The position numbers and the translations under genes are program-made. DNA of 64,000 bases from the human T2T-CHM13v2.0 reference genome, Homo sapiens, in NCBI RefSeq assembly GCF_009914755.1, contig NC_060935.1. One strand, 5' to 3'. This document shows positions 60,405 to 64,000 of this stretch, in pieces. The notes beneath the pieces are model-generated. The model was not told the DNA's origin, did not search any database, and was given only the letters and a program-made list of their open reading frames with translations. Positions within the stretch are counted from its first letter, which is position 1. Every line of letters starts with the position of its first letter.

Positions 60405-64000
<3,596 letters not shown>

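Overview
Primate (human or great-ape type) genomic DNA with no intact protein-coding gene. It has the mosaic structure typical of pericentromeric segmental duplications. 1-18 kb is Alu-poor and L1/LTR-rich. It holds a decayed class-I ERV (pol, a tiny env CX6CC remnant, and the start of the 3' LTR), a solo MER11 LTR, other solo LTRs and an OR4C3-like olfactory receptor pseudogene (one nonsense codon, a 3-codon deletion, DRY>DHY). From about 18.1 kb the sequence is very Alu-rich. It contains a short full-length SVA with a TSD and an ~8 kb G-rich degenerate ~30-bp minisatellite (27.8-35.9 kb) with higher-order internal duplications. After that come three diverged copies of a MER1A + unique spacer + AluJ cassette (35.9, 45.2 and 55.2 kb), other patchwork local duplications, a heavily decayed CALM2 processed pseudogene, and a three-exon intron-containing GTF2I duplicate on the minus strand. 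From memory, the minisatellite plus three cassettes matches the TELO_Comp/teucer composite described in the T2T repeat annotation, but the 49-bp ajax array appears to be missing here. The OR4C and GTF2I-pseudogene neighbourhood suggests human 11p11.12 or its ape orthologue (inference, not verified). I found no convincing novel protein-coding system; the most interesting signals are structural and evolutionary.
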